Shown here: positions 23,151 through 36,961 of the stretch, piece by piece | Layout of the letters: every line of letters begins with the position of its first letter | How positions within the stretch are numbered: position 1 is the first letter of the stretch | Assembly (NCBI GenBank): GCA_000708835.1 | Contig: DF237441.1 | Location: 912 to 64,911 of the forward strand | Direction: 5' to 3' | DNA from: Klebsormidium nitens | Lineage: Eukaryota > Plantae > Klebsormidiophyceae | Length of the DNA: 64,000 bases | The notes under the pieces: model-generated | What the model saw: the letters and a program-made list of their open reading frames with translations, nothing else | What the model was told of the DNA's origin: nothing | Database searches by the model: none | Program-made: the position numbers and the translations under genes

Positions 23151-26100
23151 GCAGCAAGTGGTCAATTGGAGCATGAGGTGAGGGAGGATTTGGGCTTCAA
23201 TGGGGTGTGACATGTCGAAACTTCGTTCCGACCAATTTCGTTTGACGGGCTTCCTGTGGACGTCAAAACGGCAGGCTTGCACGAATTGTGTTCTTTCTAG
23301 TCTGCACAAGTAAGTCTCACAAGCTGGGCACTTTTGTAAGCTCATCGATAAAGGGTAAATTTGATGACCGGCTATATCTTTTTCATTTGTACAAGGCCCT
23401 GTCCCAGCCACAGGCTGTTGGGGTCTGCGAGCATTCAACAAGTCCGGAGTCCGTTTCTTTTCAATTAAGGGTTTCCAAGAGACCCAGCGCCCTGTCTGCG
23501 CTACCCAAGCGACGGGACTCAGATGGATATAGGACCCGGCCAGCGGCCAGAATAGGTAGCCCCAAAAACCTGGAAGCACCTAGCCTAGTCAACCCTTAGT
23601 CAAGTTGGCGGTAAACATTATGAGATACATGCATGGCGCCACTTAATTGAATCTTGAATGTTGAATGTTGAACCGCGAACCATGCGTATTATATAACAAT
23701 CATCAGACGACGGTACGGTTGCATCCCTGTCTGCGCAATTGTGGAGGAAACCAAAGTGTACATCCGCACCTTCGCCATGCAAACGTACCGGGATCCTCTG
23801 GCCGGGCCGCCTGCTTGCAGTTGAAAGCATGCCAGCCAGCATGGTGGATGCATGGCTCAGCTTGTCCAGCCTGGGACTCAACGACGGCCGTGACTATACA
23901 TTTGGAAATTTTCATTCTCATTCTCATTCACCGCGGTCATGAGTCGATATCGACCTTTGAGTCGGAAATTGTGTTGATTAGTCAATCAAGACTTGAGTTA
24001 GCGGGCTTAATTCACATCAATCAATACTTCCGTATATGTCGCGCTCACGGTCACCGGGTCATAGCCGCTAGATCGGATATGCGATTTCGCCGGTCAGATA
24101 ATTGGCTCCAACCGTTCGATCTGAAACTTGAAAGGGAGGTGAGTCCCAGTCGGAATGTTCAACAATGTCCGACGATCGCGCACATTGAACGCCTGTCACC
24201 GTCATGGATGGCCAAAGTGTATGTCGACGGTTCCGGACGCGGCGGCAGCCATGCAACGTTGCCATGATCATGGCATGCATGTGCACATTGACTTAAGAGC
24301 GTGCATGAGAATGAGCTGGATTCGTTCAACATTGCTCAATGCTACTAGCCGTGGCACGCTCATCCGCTCGTACGTACGAGTTACAAGCTTTAATGGTGTG
24401 ATAATCACTCCAGTCCAAATGTTGATAATGTGACGAAACATTTCCGCCCTGCCGGTCGGAACGGATTGCCGAGTCCAGTACAACCGCCGGAAGCGCGACC
24501 GCATTTGTATCATCAAACGCCGACACAAGCTGAGCCAGGACTACTGAGCGGTCGCGTATGCGGGTGGGGAAACAGCAACTCGTTCAGGATCAGGTCGACT
24601 TCCTCGGCAAACCAGATTCAGCTTGGTCAGACCTGAGGGCGAATGTGGACGTGGTCAGTGTAAGGGAGTTTGAGCTCGGCAATATGCTTTGAAAAGGTTT
24701 TTGATTTTTCGAGGACTTCGCAGAGAACAAGCTTTTGTTTAGTCGTGCTTTTGGATGGGAGTCGCAAGACCAGAACAATTGTGGAAGATTGTGAAGGATC
24801 GGGGACAAACTCAAGAAGAGTGATCAACGAAAGCATCGTGGGAATGAGGGTCCTCCGTGCGTCCAGGCAGGTTGCTTTCGTTTCTCCTCAGAAACTTCGA
24901 AACTATGTTCAGGGTATGGCGATTCATCAGAAGGCACAGCCTTTGAGTAATCGGAATTTTACAGAATTTTGTACGTTTTTCGAGGTCCTGCAAACGAAAC
25001 TACTGATGTTCCTCGAAAAAGTCTCTGAATTCGGATCCGCGGGCGAGCAGTTTTGAGGAGGTTGAAAGTTCTTGTCAAAACGTTTGTCGACTTGCTCGGG
25101 CCAAATGTACCCGCAGGTCTGCGAACAACCTTTTTTTTGCCACCTCATGTCTCGCCCGGCTTTCAGAAATATATCAACAAAGTTGCCACATTTCTTTACA
25201 TCTAGTCTTTGGCATCATTTGCAGGTTGGTCGAAAGAGACTGTGGTGGAGTACGTCAAGTGCGCGTGTCATATATAGAACCAGGCGAGACGACTAGTCTT
25301 AAAGACAGGGGAACTGATGGAAGACCGGGACAGCCTTACACGCACCTGTACTACGGCCGGAAGTTGCCGTGCTGATGAGGGGTGTGGCCTTGACTCAAAT
25401 CGGAAGCAACCTTCAAGGCCAGGAAAAAACCATCTTGCCGTCGAAGGCTGACTGCAGAGGAAGTTGCAACAGCTCAGATATGTACGAGGGCGGAAAAAGA
25501 GAAGGTGGGCCTGTCGATTGTTATTCTTCGACAAACATTGCTCGAGAGAGGGCTTTACATAGGCGTACTGGATCCCCGTTGCACAGCACCGTGACGTCTT
25601 GCATGCCCCCAAACAGGAAAAGCGTCAAGTCCGCGTCCTGGGAACCAAGCGACCCGCAATAACAATAGCGGTAAAAGGAACGCAACTGAAGCGCAGATTG
25701 AAGCTGACCAGGGAAAGGTCGACACCAGGGTTCCGATCCTCTAAACGAATATGCTCGTTACCAGACCAGTCAGTCGGTCAGAGCCAACGATAAGATGGCG
25801 CACAATTGACAGGGTTCTGAAGGCTCAGAAACAGATGACGACTGGAGAAAGTTTCCTTACGTGCATTCAGCCGATGCTGTCAGCCGGCCGCGGCCTCGAT
25901 CCTGCGGCATCCTCCTCGTAAAGCGCGCGTCAAGACCCGCCAGCTTCTCACGAAGGCCACGTTCCTGCCTTTGCCGCAAATAGGTGATGTCCTCAATTGA
26001 TGACATAACAGGAATTGGTGACGTCAGCAGAACCGCCCATAATCTGATACCAAGAACCGCTCTTCGTTCCCGGGTCGAATCTGTTTGGGAACCGGGGCAC

Positions 26101-26317
26101 GCTTCCTGAGGACCGTCTTCTCCAGCTCACGAGTGACGCATTTAAGCGTGGAATGGAAAAACCGTGACCATGATTGCACCGGCTCTTCTTCAGCTCCAGC
26201 GCACCCAGCTCTTGTCGTCCAGCTCTTGTCGTTCAGAATAGGTCACGGCTGTGCTGAAAGACTTCAAGAGAATGGCACAAGAACCTTCCGCAGCTGCTGT
26301 CACCTCACCGTGCCGCG

Positions 26318-26404
26318 ACCGCCCGAGAGTCCTCAACGGTTGTGATGTGCTTCAACCGCCCGAGAGTCCTCAACGGTTGTGATAAGCGAACGGTTGTGAT
26401 AAGC
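26318..26404. repeat. 29-bp direct repeat x2 plus a partial third copy
   Basis: ACCGCCCGAGAGTCCTCAACGGTTGTGAT at 26318 and 26355, then AACGGTTGTGATAAGC again at 26389. Confidence 0.8.
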
Positions 26405-27789
26405 CAGAAAACCAAAGGACAGTGAGATCGGCGAGACTCTGAAAGACCGGAGTCCAGAAGGCAAAACGCGTCACAAAGAGGTCGGCCCTGTTCCCTTGGG
26501 GAGCTTGCAGACTTCCAGCTGACAGTATAGGTTAGTCTTATCACGCTCGACAAGCCCGGGCATGCGAAGCAGACACAATAGAAGGCAGACTATATCAGCC
26601 GGATCCGTCCCGATTCTGATCTTTGCAGCAAGCGTTGGTTCGCTGCAAATATCGACCTAAGTTTTCTAATACGTCTCCACATCTGGCGTCTGGTCAGAGG
26701 TTGGATAGGGCAAAAACACTTGAACCCTTTCAGTTTCCACCTTCATCATTACGCACTGCTCAAAGTTCTGTGAGTGGCACAAACGGACCGAGTGTTCACT
26801 ATAGTCGGAGATCGCCGTGTAGATACTCACAACAAAGTGCCTCATAGGCCCGTCTCAACTTCCAAGCGGGTGGCTCATGAGGCCTACAAAGGAAGTTCGC
26901 CAGAACTGACCTTTACCCCGGCTATCCTTGCCCTGGCACGTACTTCTGCGGCAATGGCCCCCATGCTGCCAGGCCCGCATGGCACCAGCCGCGGTCGCCC
27001 CCACCCCCCTTCGCACCGCGCGCCCCAGCCCCGCTCCTCTATTCTTGTCATTTATATTAAGACCTTGCACTTGCTGGTAAGTTGTCGAGAAAAAAACCGC
27101 AGGCAACTTCGTGCTAAGAAAAGCAACTAAGCAACTAAGGTCTTTGGTATTGGGTCTCATGGTGCAAAGCGCAGAGGTTGTCCAGAACCGACTTTCTTCT
27201 TTACTTCTACTCCTCTTTAACAGATTCGTGCCAAAATAGTATTCAGCGTTCTTGATACTCTGAGGCGGAGGCAACATGAAAAAGGAGGATGCCGCAGAGT
27301 GGAGATCCCGTTGTCCACCAGCGCTTTCTTTTAGACTAGCATTTCTGTTCCGCAGATACTTAAGATCTCCTTTGTCTAAATGCTCCTTGACCCTGTTCTG
27401 AAAAGTTACACTCCTCTTTCAAGTTTCCAACCCTCCTTCTATGCATAACAGAAGCAGTCTGTTCCCTCAACAATGCAGAGCAATGCTTTTAACAATGCAG
27501 AGCAATCAGGTCTTTGGAGCTCAAGGGTTTCTCCTTTGTTTCCAACCAAATAATGAAAGAGCCTCACACAACGGCTCCTTAATTCATCGAGACAGGCCTC
27601 GCCTCCAAGCCAGAAAGCTCAACGGAAAGCTCTTACGTTTTTCAGACTCTCACGCTGACGACATGAAGCCGAGGAAAAGCGTGGAACACCTGAGTATGGT
27701 CTTCAAATCTGAGTTCACGCCCAATAACTAAACATGAGGCTTCTATTCGCTCCAGAGTTCTGGGGAGATACACGTGCGGAACTTACCCG

Positions 27790-28394
27790 CCGCAAGCACG
27801 TGCTAACTTCAAAGGAGGGTGAATCTCCGGTGTCTGTTTTGAACAGGTATCACAGGTGAGGTTAAAAAACTGCCAAGGCACTCACTGCACATTTTCCTCA
27901 TGGTGTAGGTCACATACCCCGGCCCAGTCTTCGTGCCCCGCGTTTTTCCCTCAACGCCGGAACCTTTCTTGGCTCCATCTATGACCGCACGTACACCCCC
28001 CTTGTTCTTGCCTTTCCCTCCTGCAAATGCGCCAGTCCCCTTCTCCTAGCCGCAGCGGAACCGAATTCTGGCCGTCTCCTGCTGTCCCACCTCATATGCA
28101 ATCTTTAAAGTTTTGGCCACATTTTCAAAACCTGCAGCAGGGGGATCCCCCAAGTCAGGCCCCAGCACAGCTCGACTCCCACTCCCCTCCCACTGCCCCA
28201 CTGCTCTTTCCAGCGCTGCCGCCCGCCCTTGTAAACTGGCACCGGCATTGACTTATCGGAATACCACTTTGCTGCGGCTCTGATTCGTCCTCCGGATTGT
28301 AGAGTGCAGCTTGCAATGCCATTCTTCCCCCTGCAAACCTGTTCAGCCGTCCTTCTCTGCTAGTGGCCTCTGCTAGCTGCTTGTTCGTTGTCAT
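27790..28394 (-). pseudogene. Degenerate coding-like segment of unknown function
   Basis: MTTNKQLAEATSREGRLNRFAGG.. followed, after a frame change, by GRAAALERAVGQWEG..FENVAKTLKIAYEVG..RFRCG*EKG..GPGYVTYTMRKMCSECL. It contains one in-frame TAG and ends near a GTAAGT donor-like site. No family recognised. Confidence 0.3.
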
Positions 28395-30734
28395 TCACTG
28401 CTTGATTTAGCCCTAGGTTGCGTGAAGGTTTTCTGCACTTTGCACCCTTTGCATGGCCTTTGAGTCTGACATTCCATTGAACTTGAACTTGAACTTGAAG
28501 CTAGGAAATCGCCATTCTCATGACTAGTCGACTCTATGCTGACGAAGGGGCGCTATTTATACCGTCGGATGCTGTGCTTTGATACATGGACGGTGTAGGT
28601 ATATGAGTTTCGATATGCACATGCCACACCCTGACCTTAATCTTTTGGAGAAAGCCTCCCGCTGCTAGTTGCTAGCTCGCAAACTGGAGCTCCTCTGGAC
28701 AGACTGCCTCATGATCATGCCTGAGCACTCAGGAGCTTGCATTTGCAAATTGCAAGGAGAGAGAATTTCTCATGTGCCACTGCTGGCAAAGTGAAGGCTG
28801 AAGGAGGCGAAGGTTGAAGGAGGCTTTGAAGGCCTGATCGATTGCCAAGAAGATCTGGTCACAATGTATGTAAGATGCACAATGTGAAGTCTTAGGAAGG
28901 TGGGAAACCTCAAGAAGTTGCTTAGAGAAAATTGCTACAAGTGCCTAAAGCTTTGGCACCACCATCAGCAGAGTGTCATGAGGGTGCTGAGGCCGGACCG
29001 AAGATAATGTGATTGAAAGTTGTAAACATCTGAGAATTTTGCGGAGGTCTTGCCAATCAGGGTCAAGAGAGAAAGGTCAGGAGACACTGGATTACCCTAG
29101 CATTTTTAAAATCTGGCAGTCCTTGGCTCGCGCCAACATGCGAGCGTGCTGAGAGAAGCAGGCCTTGCAATGCAGGCATATGTTCCGGCTGCTATTTGAG
29201 ATTAGGGTAAGCACCAGATACGCAATCAGGTGTTGAAAGTTGTGGCGCAGGGGCTTGATACTTTGTCTAGCAAAGTGCGTGTCGGAAGCGCATATTCTTA
29301 CTTGATTGATATGATATAAGTCCCTGCTGTGCCAAAGTGGCGACTATATTGTGATCTTGTCAAGAAATAAGGTCTATCAATGGAAGCAAGTAAATGCAGA
29401 CCAAAGTGAGCATTAATAGAGCGTTTTCACAGCATCAATTGTCTGCTTTTCGTGTTTGGCTCCTTTCCTTGCGCCACTTGCTTTGTCAGCTTAATTGTTT
29501 TATTGTCAATGCAGAACTGTGCTTGGTAGTGATGATAAGAAAGATTTGTACATTGAAGGATATTCCTACAAAGTCTTGAGCACCTGCTTGTCATTTGCGC
29601 CTCTTTCCTGTCAAATGCCATCATCACAAATGCAAATTGATGCTTCAGGATAGGCCACTGCCTCACACTTCGACCATGCAACACCTTCAGAACTGCCTCT
29701 TTCATATTCAGGGAGCACGGCCAGCAATTGCATCCATGCTTGAAGGATGTTTAGGCCGGTGGCTTCATTTGAGCCCTTGGTGTGCCGCTCAATGGAGGCA
29801 AGCCCTCTACTAGCAGCATGATGCTGCCAGAGGTAAGCACAGCTCCAAGGTTATGCCATGGCCAAGTTTTAGCGTGCGTTGCAACTCTTGCGGTTGTAAT
29901 CAGAGCAAGATTGACCCTGCAAATATGCAATTTAACACAGTCTTTGCCAGTATAGGCCCTATCATTACAGTCTAGCCTATGCGTCAGTTGTGAATGCTTG
30001 CAGCCAGCTTCTGGTAGGTACTTTGAAAAGGGCCTGTACATACCCCTCGTTGTCAGAGGGGTATTTGATTATTTGCATACTTGATGTTGGAAGTTCGCTT
30101 CGAGATGAAATAGTATACCGTTGCAAATGCTCAAGCTGACAAAACGCGGAAAGCTGACTGTTTCTTTTGTATCTGTTATTGCGAATAATAAGGCTGACAT
30201 TTCAAGAAGGTTGTTGTTTCATCTCTGTTGCGTTGCTGCCCCAAGGGATTGGATCGGGTGCTTTAAACAACGGACTTCAGGAAAAGGAATTTTTTGCTGA
30301 TGCATTTTTGCTATTCAAGAATGCTGGGAACCAGTTCAGCATCTGTCTGACTTCCCACCTGTTTAATTGTCAAAAGAGCAGAGTAGATCCTTTCACATAA
30401 ACTTCCAGCTCTTCTTACAACTTGCTTTTGAGATGTGGCTGTGGATAGATGCAATCTTTTCCCATGTATGGCCACCCTCAATAGAGGTCAACTCCAAGCA
30501 TCTTTCAACATTTCTCTTATTTGCATTGCCTATCCTTTCAAGCAGCCGCTCATGTCAATCTCTGCCGGTGTCTGATCAAGAAGGTAGCTCGATAACCCCG
30601 ATTTCTTTCCTCATGTTCAGTCTTGCTGTCTCCCTTCGTACAGATGACATCATTGCCCCCCTGCCTTCAATTGCGCTTTTTTTACTTGTCTTTTACTTTT
30701 CCTTTCAGCAGAGCTTGTCCAGCATCCAAGCAGG

Positions 30735-33700
30735 ATGAACAACACCATGGCTGGCCCCTCTTCCGAGCACCTGTTCCCAAGGACATTCCAGACCACACCC
30801 GCCCTCAACAGCCATCGATGCCGAGTCTGCAAGAGAAAGAAGAGCGATCCCTGGTTTGTCCTGTTAGAGGACGACTCGAACCTGGTTTGCGAACTCTGCC
30901 AGCGGAAGCAGACGAAACCTGCCCCAGTGTCCGCTCTCAGCCAGCCGAGCCTGCTTCGTCCCCCAACCACATGCAGGAACCAGAACCAGCCGAAGCCCCC
31001 CTCAGAAATGAGGTCGTCCAGAACAGCGGCGAGGTGACCGGCAGCATCCCTCTGCACCCCGAGGCGCCGATTGCGCAGGCGAATGTACGGCGCAGGCGCT
31101 TGGCGGGGGAGCAAGCGGCTGCGGTGGAGGCGCTTGGCACCTCGCTGGGGCCTGAAATTTCTCTAGGGGGACCAGTCATGGCTGAGGGTCGTCTGGGGGA
31201 TCCCTCTCTCGGCGAGCGGGTCAGCGACGCGGCCGGGCAGTCAGTGGGGCAGCAGGAGAGTGCACCGGACGAGGGAGAAGAGACAGGGGGAGTTGGCGGA
31301 CTGCAAGAGGGGGGGGAGCATGATTGGGATGGTGTGGGAGGCGACGGGCCCATCGGCGGTGCTCGACGGTGGGGACTCATCTCGGGCGCTAGAAGGGGCC
31401 AGCGGCGCAGTCGGAAAAGTGGTGAGAGGGGGCCGGTGAGTGACTCGCTGACGTCAGCAGGAGGGCCCCCCGATTTCGCGGGCGCAGAAGGGCCTGTGAG
31501 ACAATCGAAACAGGGGCCACCGGGAGTCGGCCAGGACGTGCGAGGAAAGAACAAGTCACTTGCTGAGATTGAAAAGCTGCCCGACGATAGTGCGGGGCAG
31601 GCTGAGGGGTCAGTTTTTACTGAAGAGAAGCAGTGCGCCGAGTGCAGGACGACGAAGTGTAAGCGCTGGTGTGAAGATCTGAAGGGGGGGTTCAAGTGCG
31701 AGAAATGCTACATGAGGGGGAACGAGACGAGCGGGGGAGGTCGACCTGCGCGCGGGACAGAGAAAATGGAGGAGGTGGATATTCGGACACCTGAGTCGGG
31801 CAGGAAGAAGCCCGCGCAGACAGCAAAAGAAGGCGGTGGCCCCAGGGGTCTCCCGGGCGCGAACAGGAAGGCGGGAAGCGGAAGCCCAAGAGAGCCTTGT
31901 TCAACGAACCAGAGCGCCCCCGGAAGAAACGGCACGCTTCGGCTGCGGAAGCGGAGGTTTACGGAGTTCCCCTGGACAGCACGCTCGTGAACAGGCGGGT
32001 GGAAATCTGGTGGCCTCTTGACGAAAGGTAAGGTTCTGCCCTCTCTTTCGTCTTCTTGACCTGTCAGATTGCGTATACATTTTGGACTCCTTTCCCTGCA
32101 ATGCGTTGAAACGACCTGTAAATTCGTTGCTCTCTCTGTCTCTCTTTTGTTGTCTTCCGAACATTTCATCTTTAAACGTTACTTTCAAATGAGGAATAGA
32201 ATCCAAAGCTTCCTTTGTAATAGCCCCTGCTCGTTCGTCTCAAAACGACCGGTTCCGAGAGATGTGCGCCGCATCGCCCGTTTTTTAGAGGCCTCTTTGT
32301 TCTGATGATTTTAGCGCGACTTCTTTCTGCTCGTCACACAAAGATTCACGTGTCCACGTAATATCTGCTTGGATTGTTACGCGGAGAATGGCTGACGCCG
32401 ACGACTCTTGATCCCTTGCTTCGTCGCACCCGGATGATTCTCCGTCCTGGGTCTGACGAGCGCCTTTGCGGTGTCGCAGGTACTACGCCGGGCGGGTCAC
32501 CCAGTTTGTGAGCGGCAACAAGCGGCATGAGGTACGAGTACTTCCCTTTCAAGTTGATCGCGTTGCTGGTTGTAGATAACCAACCTGCAAAGTTGTCGTC
32601 GCTTCTACTGAAACTCTTCTTCGTTTGAGTTTCATCTGGCAGGTGGGGACGAGCCAACACGTTCTTTGTTCCGCGCATTCTCTGTCTGCTCCGTCGCAAT
32701 CCTTAAAACGTGCAGACCTCCTGTGCAAGAGTAGCTTTCGAATGCATAGCGAAGAGGCTCAGGCTCAAAAGGAAGATCGACACCGTCCACTTCTGAAGCG
32801 ACCCTGGTATTTTTGTGAGAAGCAATTAAAGCATACCGCAGTCAGTTAGCAGAGTGCACATACCAGTTTGCCTGAGGCTTTTTCTCGTTGACGTTGGTAT
32901 CGGTTCTCGTATCCGCGAGATCCGTAGTGGCCCGATCTCTAACACAGAACATATAAGGTATTGCAAATACTCTATGACGACGGAGACCTAGAGACAGTAA
33001 AATTCGCAAAGGAGCGCTGGAAGCTCGTAGAGGAGGAGGACAAGAACGAGAGCGGAGAAAAGAGCAAGGTGGAGGAAGAGGGGTCACAGAAAACGGAATA
33101 CTTCAGAGGTGAGGCTGAGGGGGAGGGGGAGCCCAACGGACAAGGGCGTAACAATGAGGTCACGGCGCTCGCGCAGACAGTGCTGGGGCCGGGTCACGCA
33201 GTCGCTTCCTCGAAGAGGATCAAGGTGACTCCCAAGCGGCCGCGCGAAAACGGCCAAACTACTGCGGGGACGAAGAAGAAGAAGAGCCGGCGCGGAGAGG
33301 GTGATCGAGGGGGGCCTCCAAAGAGCGCCGGTTCGGCAGGGGGGGAGGCAAAGCTAGTCACATTTACGGATGGGGGGGGCGGCGACACGCTTGGGCCTGG
33401 GCCTGTGGGACCACCTCCTGCGGAACATCTGGAGATCTTGCGCCACATTTTTGAAATGACGTCTGAGATGGAGAGGGACGGATGCTCGAGCGGCGGGACA
33501 GTGGGCGGTCAGAGACCACGCAGCGGCAAAGGGGCGGGAGAGCGAGAGAATGGCGAAGTTGAGGCTGTCGCGAGGGCGACGGAAAAGCGACTTGGCGCTG
33601 CGGAGCGTGAGGCCGCTGGTGGAGAAGCTGGGCCGGAGACGCTGTCTTCCGAGGAGCTGCCCTCCGCAAGCCTGGTGAGGAAGGATTCTACGTGGAACGT

Positions 33701-36700
33701 TTTTTTTCCTAATTTGGATGGATAATGCCAGGGCGCAGCTTTACTGGGTTTGGACGTGTGTCTGCTGTAACCGGATGTTGCCTTAATCACTAATCATGGA
33801 CTTCTGCATCACATCGACAGATCCTTGCTGACCTGATTGTTCAATCTCCGCAAAAGCTCTCTGCCGGCGCCGGCTTCCTGTTGTCTACCGTTTGACTCTG
33901 CCACGGTGCCTTTCGTACGTACCGGTTTTACAACTTCGAAAGCTGACATCTCTGCATGGTCTGACTCTGCGGCCCGGCTCAACGTCTCTCTCGTTCGGGC
34001 TGCCGACCACACGGTCGTTAATTTCAGGAAAGGAGCGTCCTGTCCAGCGCGTAGAGAGTGTTATTGAGTCAGGAAAGATCCGAATCCCGATGTGCACAGG
34101 ACGAGAGATCACTTCTAGGAGGTTCCTTCTTTGTGCGTGAAACGATTGTTTGATTGACGTGTTTAGGGAGTGGGTAAATTTGGTCTATGCATGGTGAAAT
34201 GTCTCCTTCCTTGAAGAGAGTGCATCTCGAACGACACGACTTTGTCATTGGCCTGAGACTGGAAGACAGAACCAATACGTCGCTGTCCTTTGCTTTAGAG
34301 AAGCACCAAATGCACGTGTTTGGATGCAAGATCTTCACATTCTGATGCCTACGCAAGCTGCGCAGCAGAAAAAAGTTCCGAGAGCTCCGATTGGCGTCCG
34401 TATTTCAGATTAAATGCTCCAAAGACTGTTCCCGTTTTCTTCGACTCAACCAGTTCGCTGAAAGTCGCTGAAGTTTGGCAGATTCCTTGTTACGGTCGTG
34501 CCTCACATCGCAAATGCTTGACGTGCTTAGTCTTCTGATTGCTTCTTCAGTCTGGAGAGCTGCAGATCTTCTATTGAGTTCGCTGGAGCGAACCAGGAGA
34601 GCAATACGCGCAAGTTGGTGCTTGATGCAGTCTTCGCTCAACCCTTCGTGCGCTACCTTACAGGCGCAAGTGCACTTCGCGCCCTCCAATCGCTCCGACT
34701 GCCCCCGACATGAAGCGCCCAGCCCAATTTTTTCGGGTGCAGCGAATCTTCGGGTCATTCCTGAAGAAGTAGTCGGGACTTTCTCCCGGGGGACAGCGGA
34801 TGCCGGAACAGGAGCACCCAGGGAACCCGTCTCACCAGCTGTCCTGGACAAAGGTGTGGGCAAACCGGGTGTGGACAAGCAGCCCCGTTATTGCAAGCAG
34901 GGAGTCAGAAAGAAGAAGGAATTTGAGGTCGCTGGGAAGCCCGGGCAAGGGGAGCGGAGGAGGGGTGTCAGAGGACGGCAGGCTGCTGAGGAGGCCCCGG
35001 AACCGATGCTCGGGTCAGCGGAGCTGGCGGGGAAGAAAGAGACGAGAGGCATGTCTTTGGCCGGAACTGCAGGAGGAGAGAAAGAGGGGTCTGCCGAGGA
35101 CCCGGGGTTGAACGACGGAACGGCTGAACAACAGAACGGAAGAGCGCTCCAGCAGGTCAACCGAGACGAGGGGGCTGCGGTTCCAGTAAGTGCACCGAAA
35201 GCACGGGCTGAGGTAGGGGTGACGTCACGGAAAGCAAGGAGAGCAATGGTTCCGGTGCAGAACGAAGAGTTTGGTGCCGATCGCACGGAGCAAGCGAATG
35301 AAGCAGACGGAAACGCCTCACCGGTCGGAACGGAAACGGAATTCGCTGAGGATGGGACGGCTGCGTTTGGAGAGTGTGAAAAGGCGGACGTAGTGACGCA
35401 GGGGGCCGTCAGATTTGACGCTGGCGAATCTGCGGAAGGGCCAGTGGAAGGGCGGGTGTCCGGAGCGGTTGTCCAAACGGAAGCAGACGAGAGAGGCTTG
35501 CCGACAGTGGGCAGGGACAATTCTTGGGGAAATGCTGACGTGGCGGCGAGAGAGGGGTCTGACGTGGCGCCGGGCGTGGGTCCTGGGGTTGGAAAAGGAG
35601 GGGGTGGTGACGTCACTGATGATGGCGGTGCTGACTGTGACATGGAGGAGGCGGCTAAGGGCGGGGCGGGAAGAAGCGATTGCGAGGCTGCAGGGAACAC
35701 GGCTGAGAGGGGAAGCGCCGAGAAGAAGACGTCAGTGGAGGATCTCTCAGCTATCATTGAGCGGGAGATTCGCGAGAGAGAGCGGGTCATTGAGGAGAGC
35801 GCGCCGCCCGGGGGCCCCCTGCCGTTGGAAGATGGGGGCGGCGACGTTCTGGCAGAGAGGCCCGCTGACGTCACTGCAAAAACGGACGGCGGAGGGGAGG
35901 CCGGATCTGGTGCAAGCGGAAAAGAGCAGGTGCGGGGGAGCGGCTCCAGTAGCGTACGGAAAACGAAAGAAGAAGAAGAAGGGGCGGGTTCCGCGCTGAT
36001 GGGAGAAGGGAAAGGACCGCGGCCGGCCGTTGCAGGAGGCGGAGTGAAGTTTGGGTCTGGCACCCAAGTCGTGGCAGCGAATGGAGAAGGAGAAGAAGTG
36101 GCGCGGAGCAATACGAAGACTGGGGCGCGGGAAGCAGAGGCGCGGAATGGAGCCGAGCAGACTGCGGCGGCAGGAGTTTCAAGTCCAGCCCAAAACGGTC
36201 GAACGGGAACAAGAAGCACGGAAAACGGCGGAGGACCTATTCGAGGGAGTGAGAGGACAAATGCAAGGATGGAACAGCCCCAGTCCGATAATCCGGCCCC
36301 TGAGAGCGGTCCGTCTCAAGTTCCGCAGCAAACAGCGGAAGGCGGAGGGCGGTGTGTGGTCAGCGTAGAGGGAGCTCCCGAGAGCAGCGTTCCTGGTGAT
36401 GCCACGTGTCTGCCGAAGAATGGCCCAGAAACGGGACCCCTCAGTGCGGCGGGTGCCCAGCAATTCCAGTCAGGCGCGGGCGCTCCCCCTCGGACAGCGC
36501 ATCCGGCCACGCGCTCGGCGTCCGAACGCGGGGCCCCTTCTGAGCAGCGCGCCGGAGGCGGGTCCGCCCCCTCCCCCCGGGGACTGTCCGCGCGCTCGGA
36601 GATCGTCTCCGGGGCGAATGTAAAGACCAGGCCTAAGGTTGTCGTCGCCGTCAGGGGCTTGATCGAAGCCACTCAGGAGTCGGGCCGAGCGTTCCTTGCG

Positions 36701-36961
36701 GGGCTGGAGACGCTTCTCCAAGCAGTGGAGCCCCTAATGCAGAGGCAGGGACTCAGGGGAGTGGGCACAACAGCCTTCCAGATTGCAGCCCCGAGCTCCG
36801 GGCGAGTCGCTGAGCGTTTCGCCCCCCGGGCCACGCCTGCCGAGAGCTCCGGCCAGGGCACCACCGCGGTGGGCCTTCCTGGGGCGACGCGGGATGACGT
36901 CAGCGGCGGCCGGGCCGAAGGGTCTGGCAGGGGTGGGGCGGCTCTGCAGGCGAAGTGCTGA
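30735..36961 (+). CDS. Putative chromatin protein: two GATA-like C4 zinc fingers, a plant PDS5/MSH6-type Tudor domain and a long acidic/Gly-rich disordered tail
   Basis: Exons 30735-32027 (apparent -1 indels at C runs 30922-30925 and 31840-31843), 32480-32531, 32958-33674, 34664-36961. Fingers: CRVC-x19-CELC and CAEC-RTTKCKRWCEDLKGGFK-CEKC (x17). Tudor assembled across three exons: LVNRRVEIWWPLDE|RYYAGRVTQFVSGNKRHE|..ILYDDGDLETVKFAKERWKLV. Extra exons between 33675 and 34663 cannot be excluded. Confidence 0.78.

Noticed and set aside
23665-24267. 200-aa ORF starting at TTG
   Set aside because: No domain-like pattern, His/Cys/Ser/Ile-rich composition typical of non-coding frames, and it includes microsatellite-like sequence.
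25380-25600. LSIVILRQTLLERGLY looked like a SAP-domain fragment
   Set aside because: Only a short partial resemblance, bounded by stops, with no second helix or splice support.
26318-26404. Direct repeats (also 53049-53202) as a CRISPR-like array
   Set aside because: Only two copies, no unique spacers of regular length, no cas genes, and a eukaryotic context.
30040-30064. 9-bp GC-rich hairpin ATACCCCTC/GAGGGGTAT as a Helitron 3' end
   Set aside because: No CTRR terminus at the expected distance downstream.
8450-36910. Frequent TGACGTCA (CRE/as-1-like) motifs
   Set aside because: Most lie inside exons or exon relics as Asp-Val codons (GAT/GGT GAC GTC A), so they are not evidence of regulatory sites.
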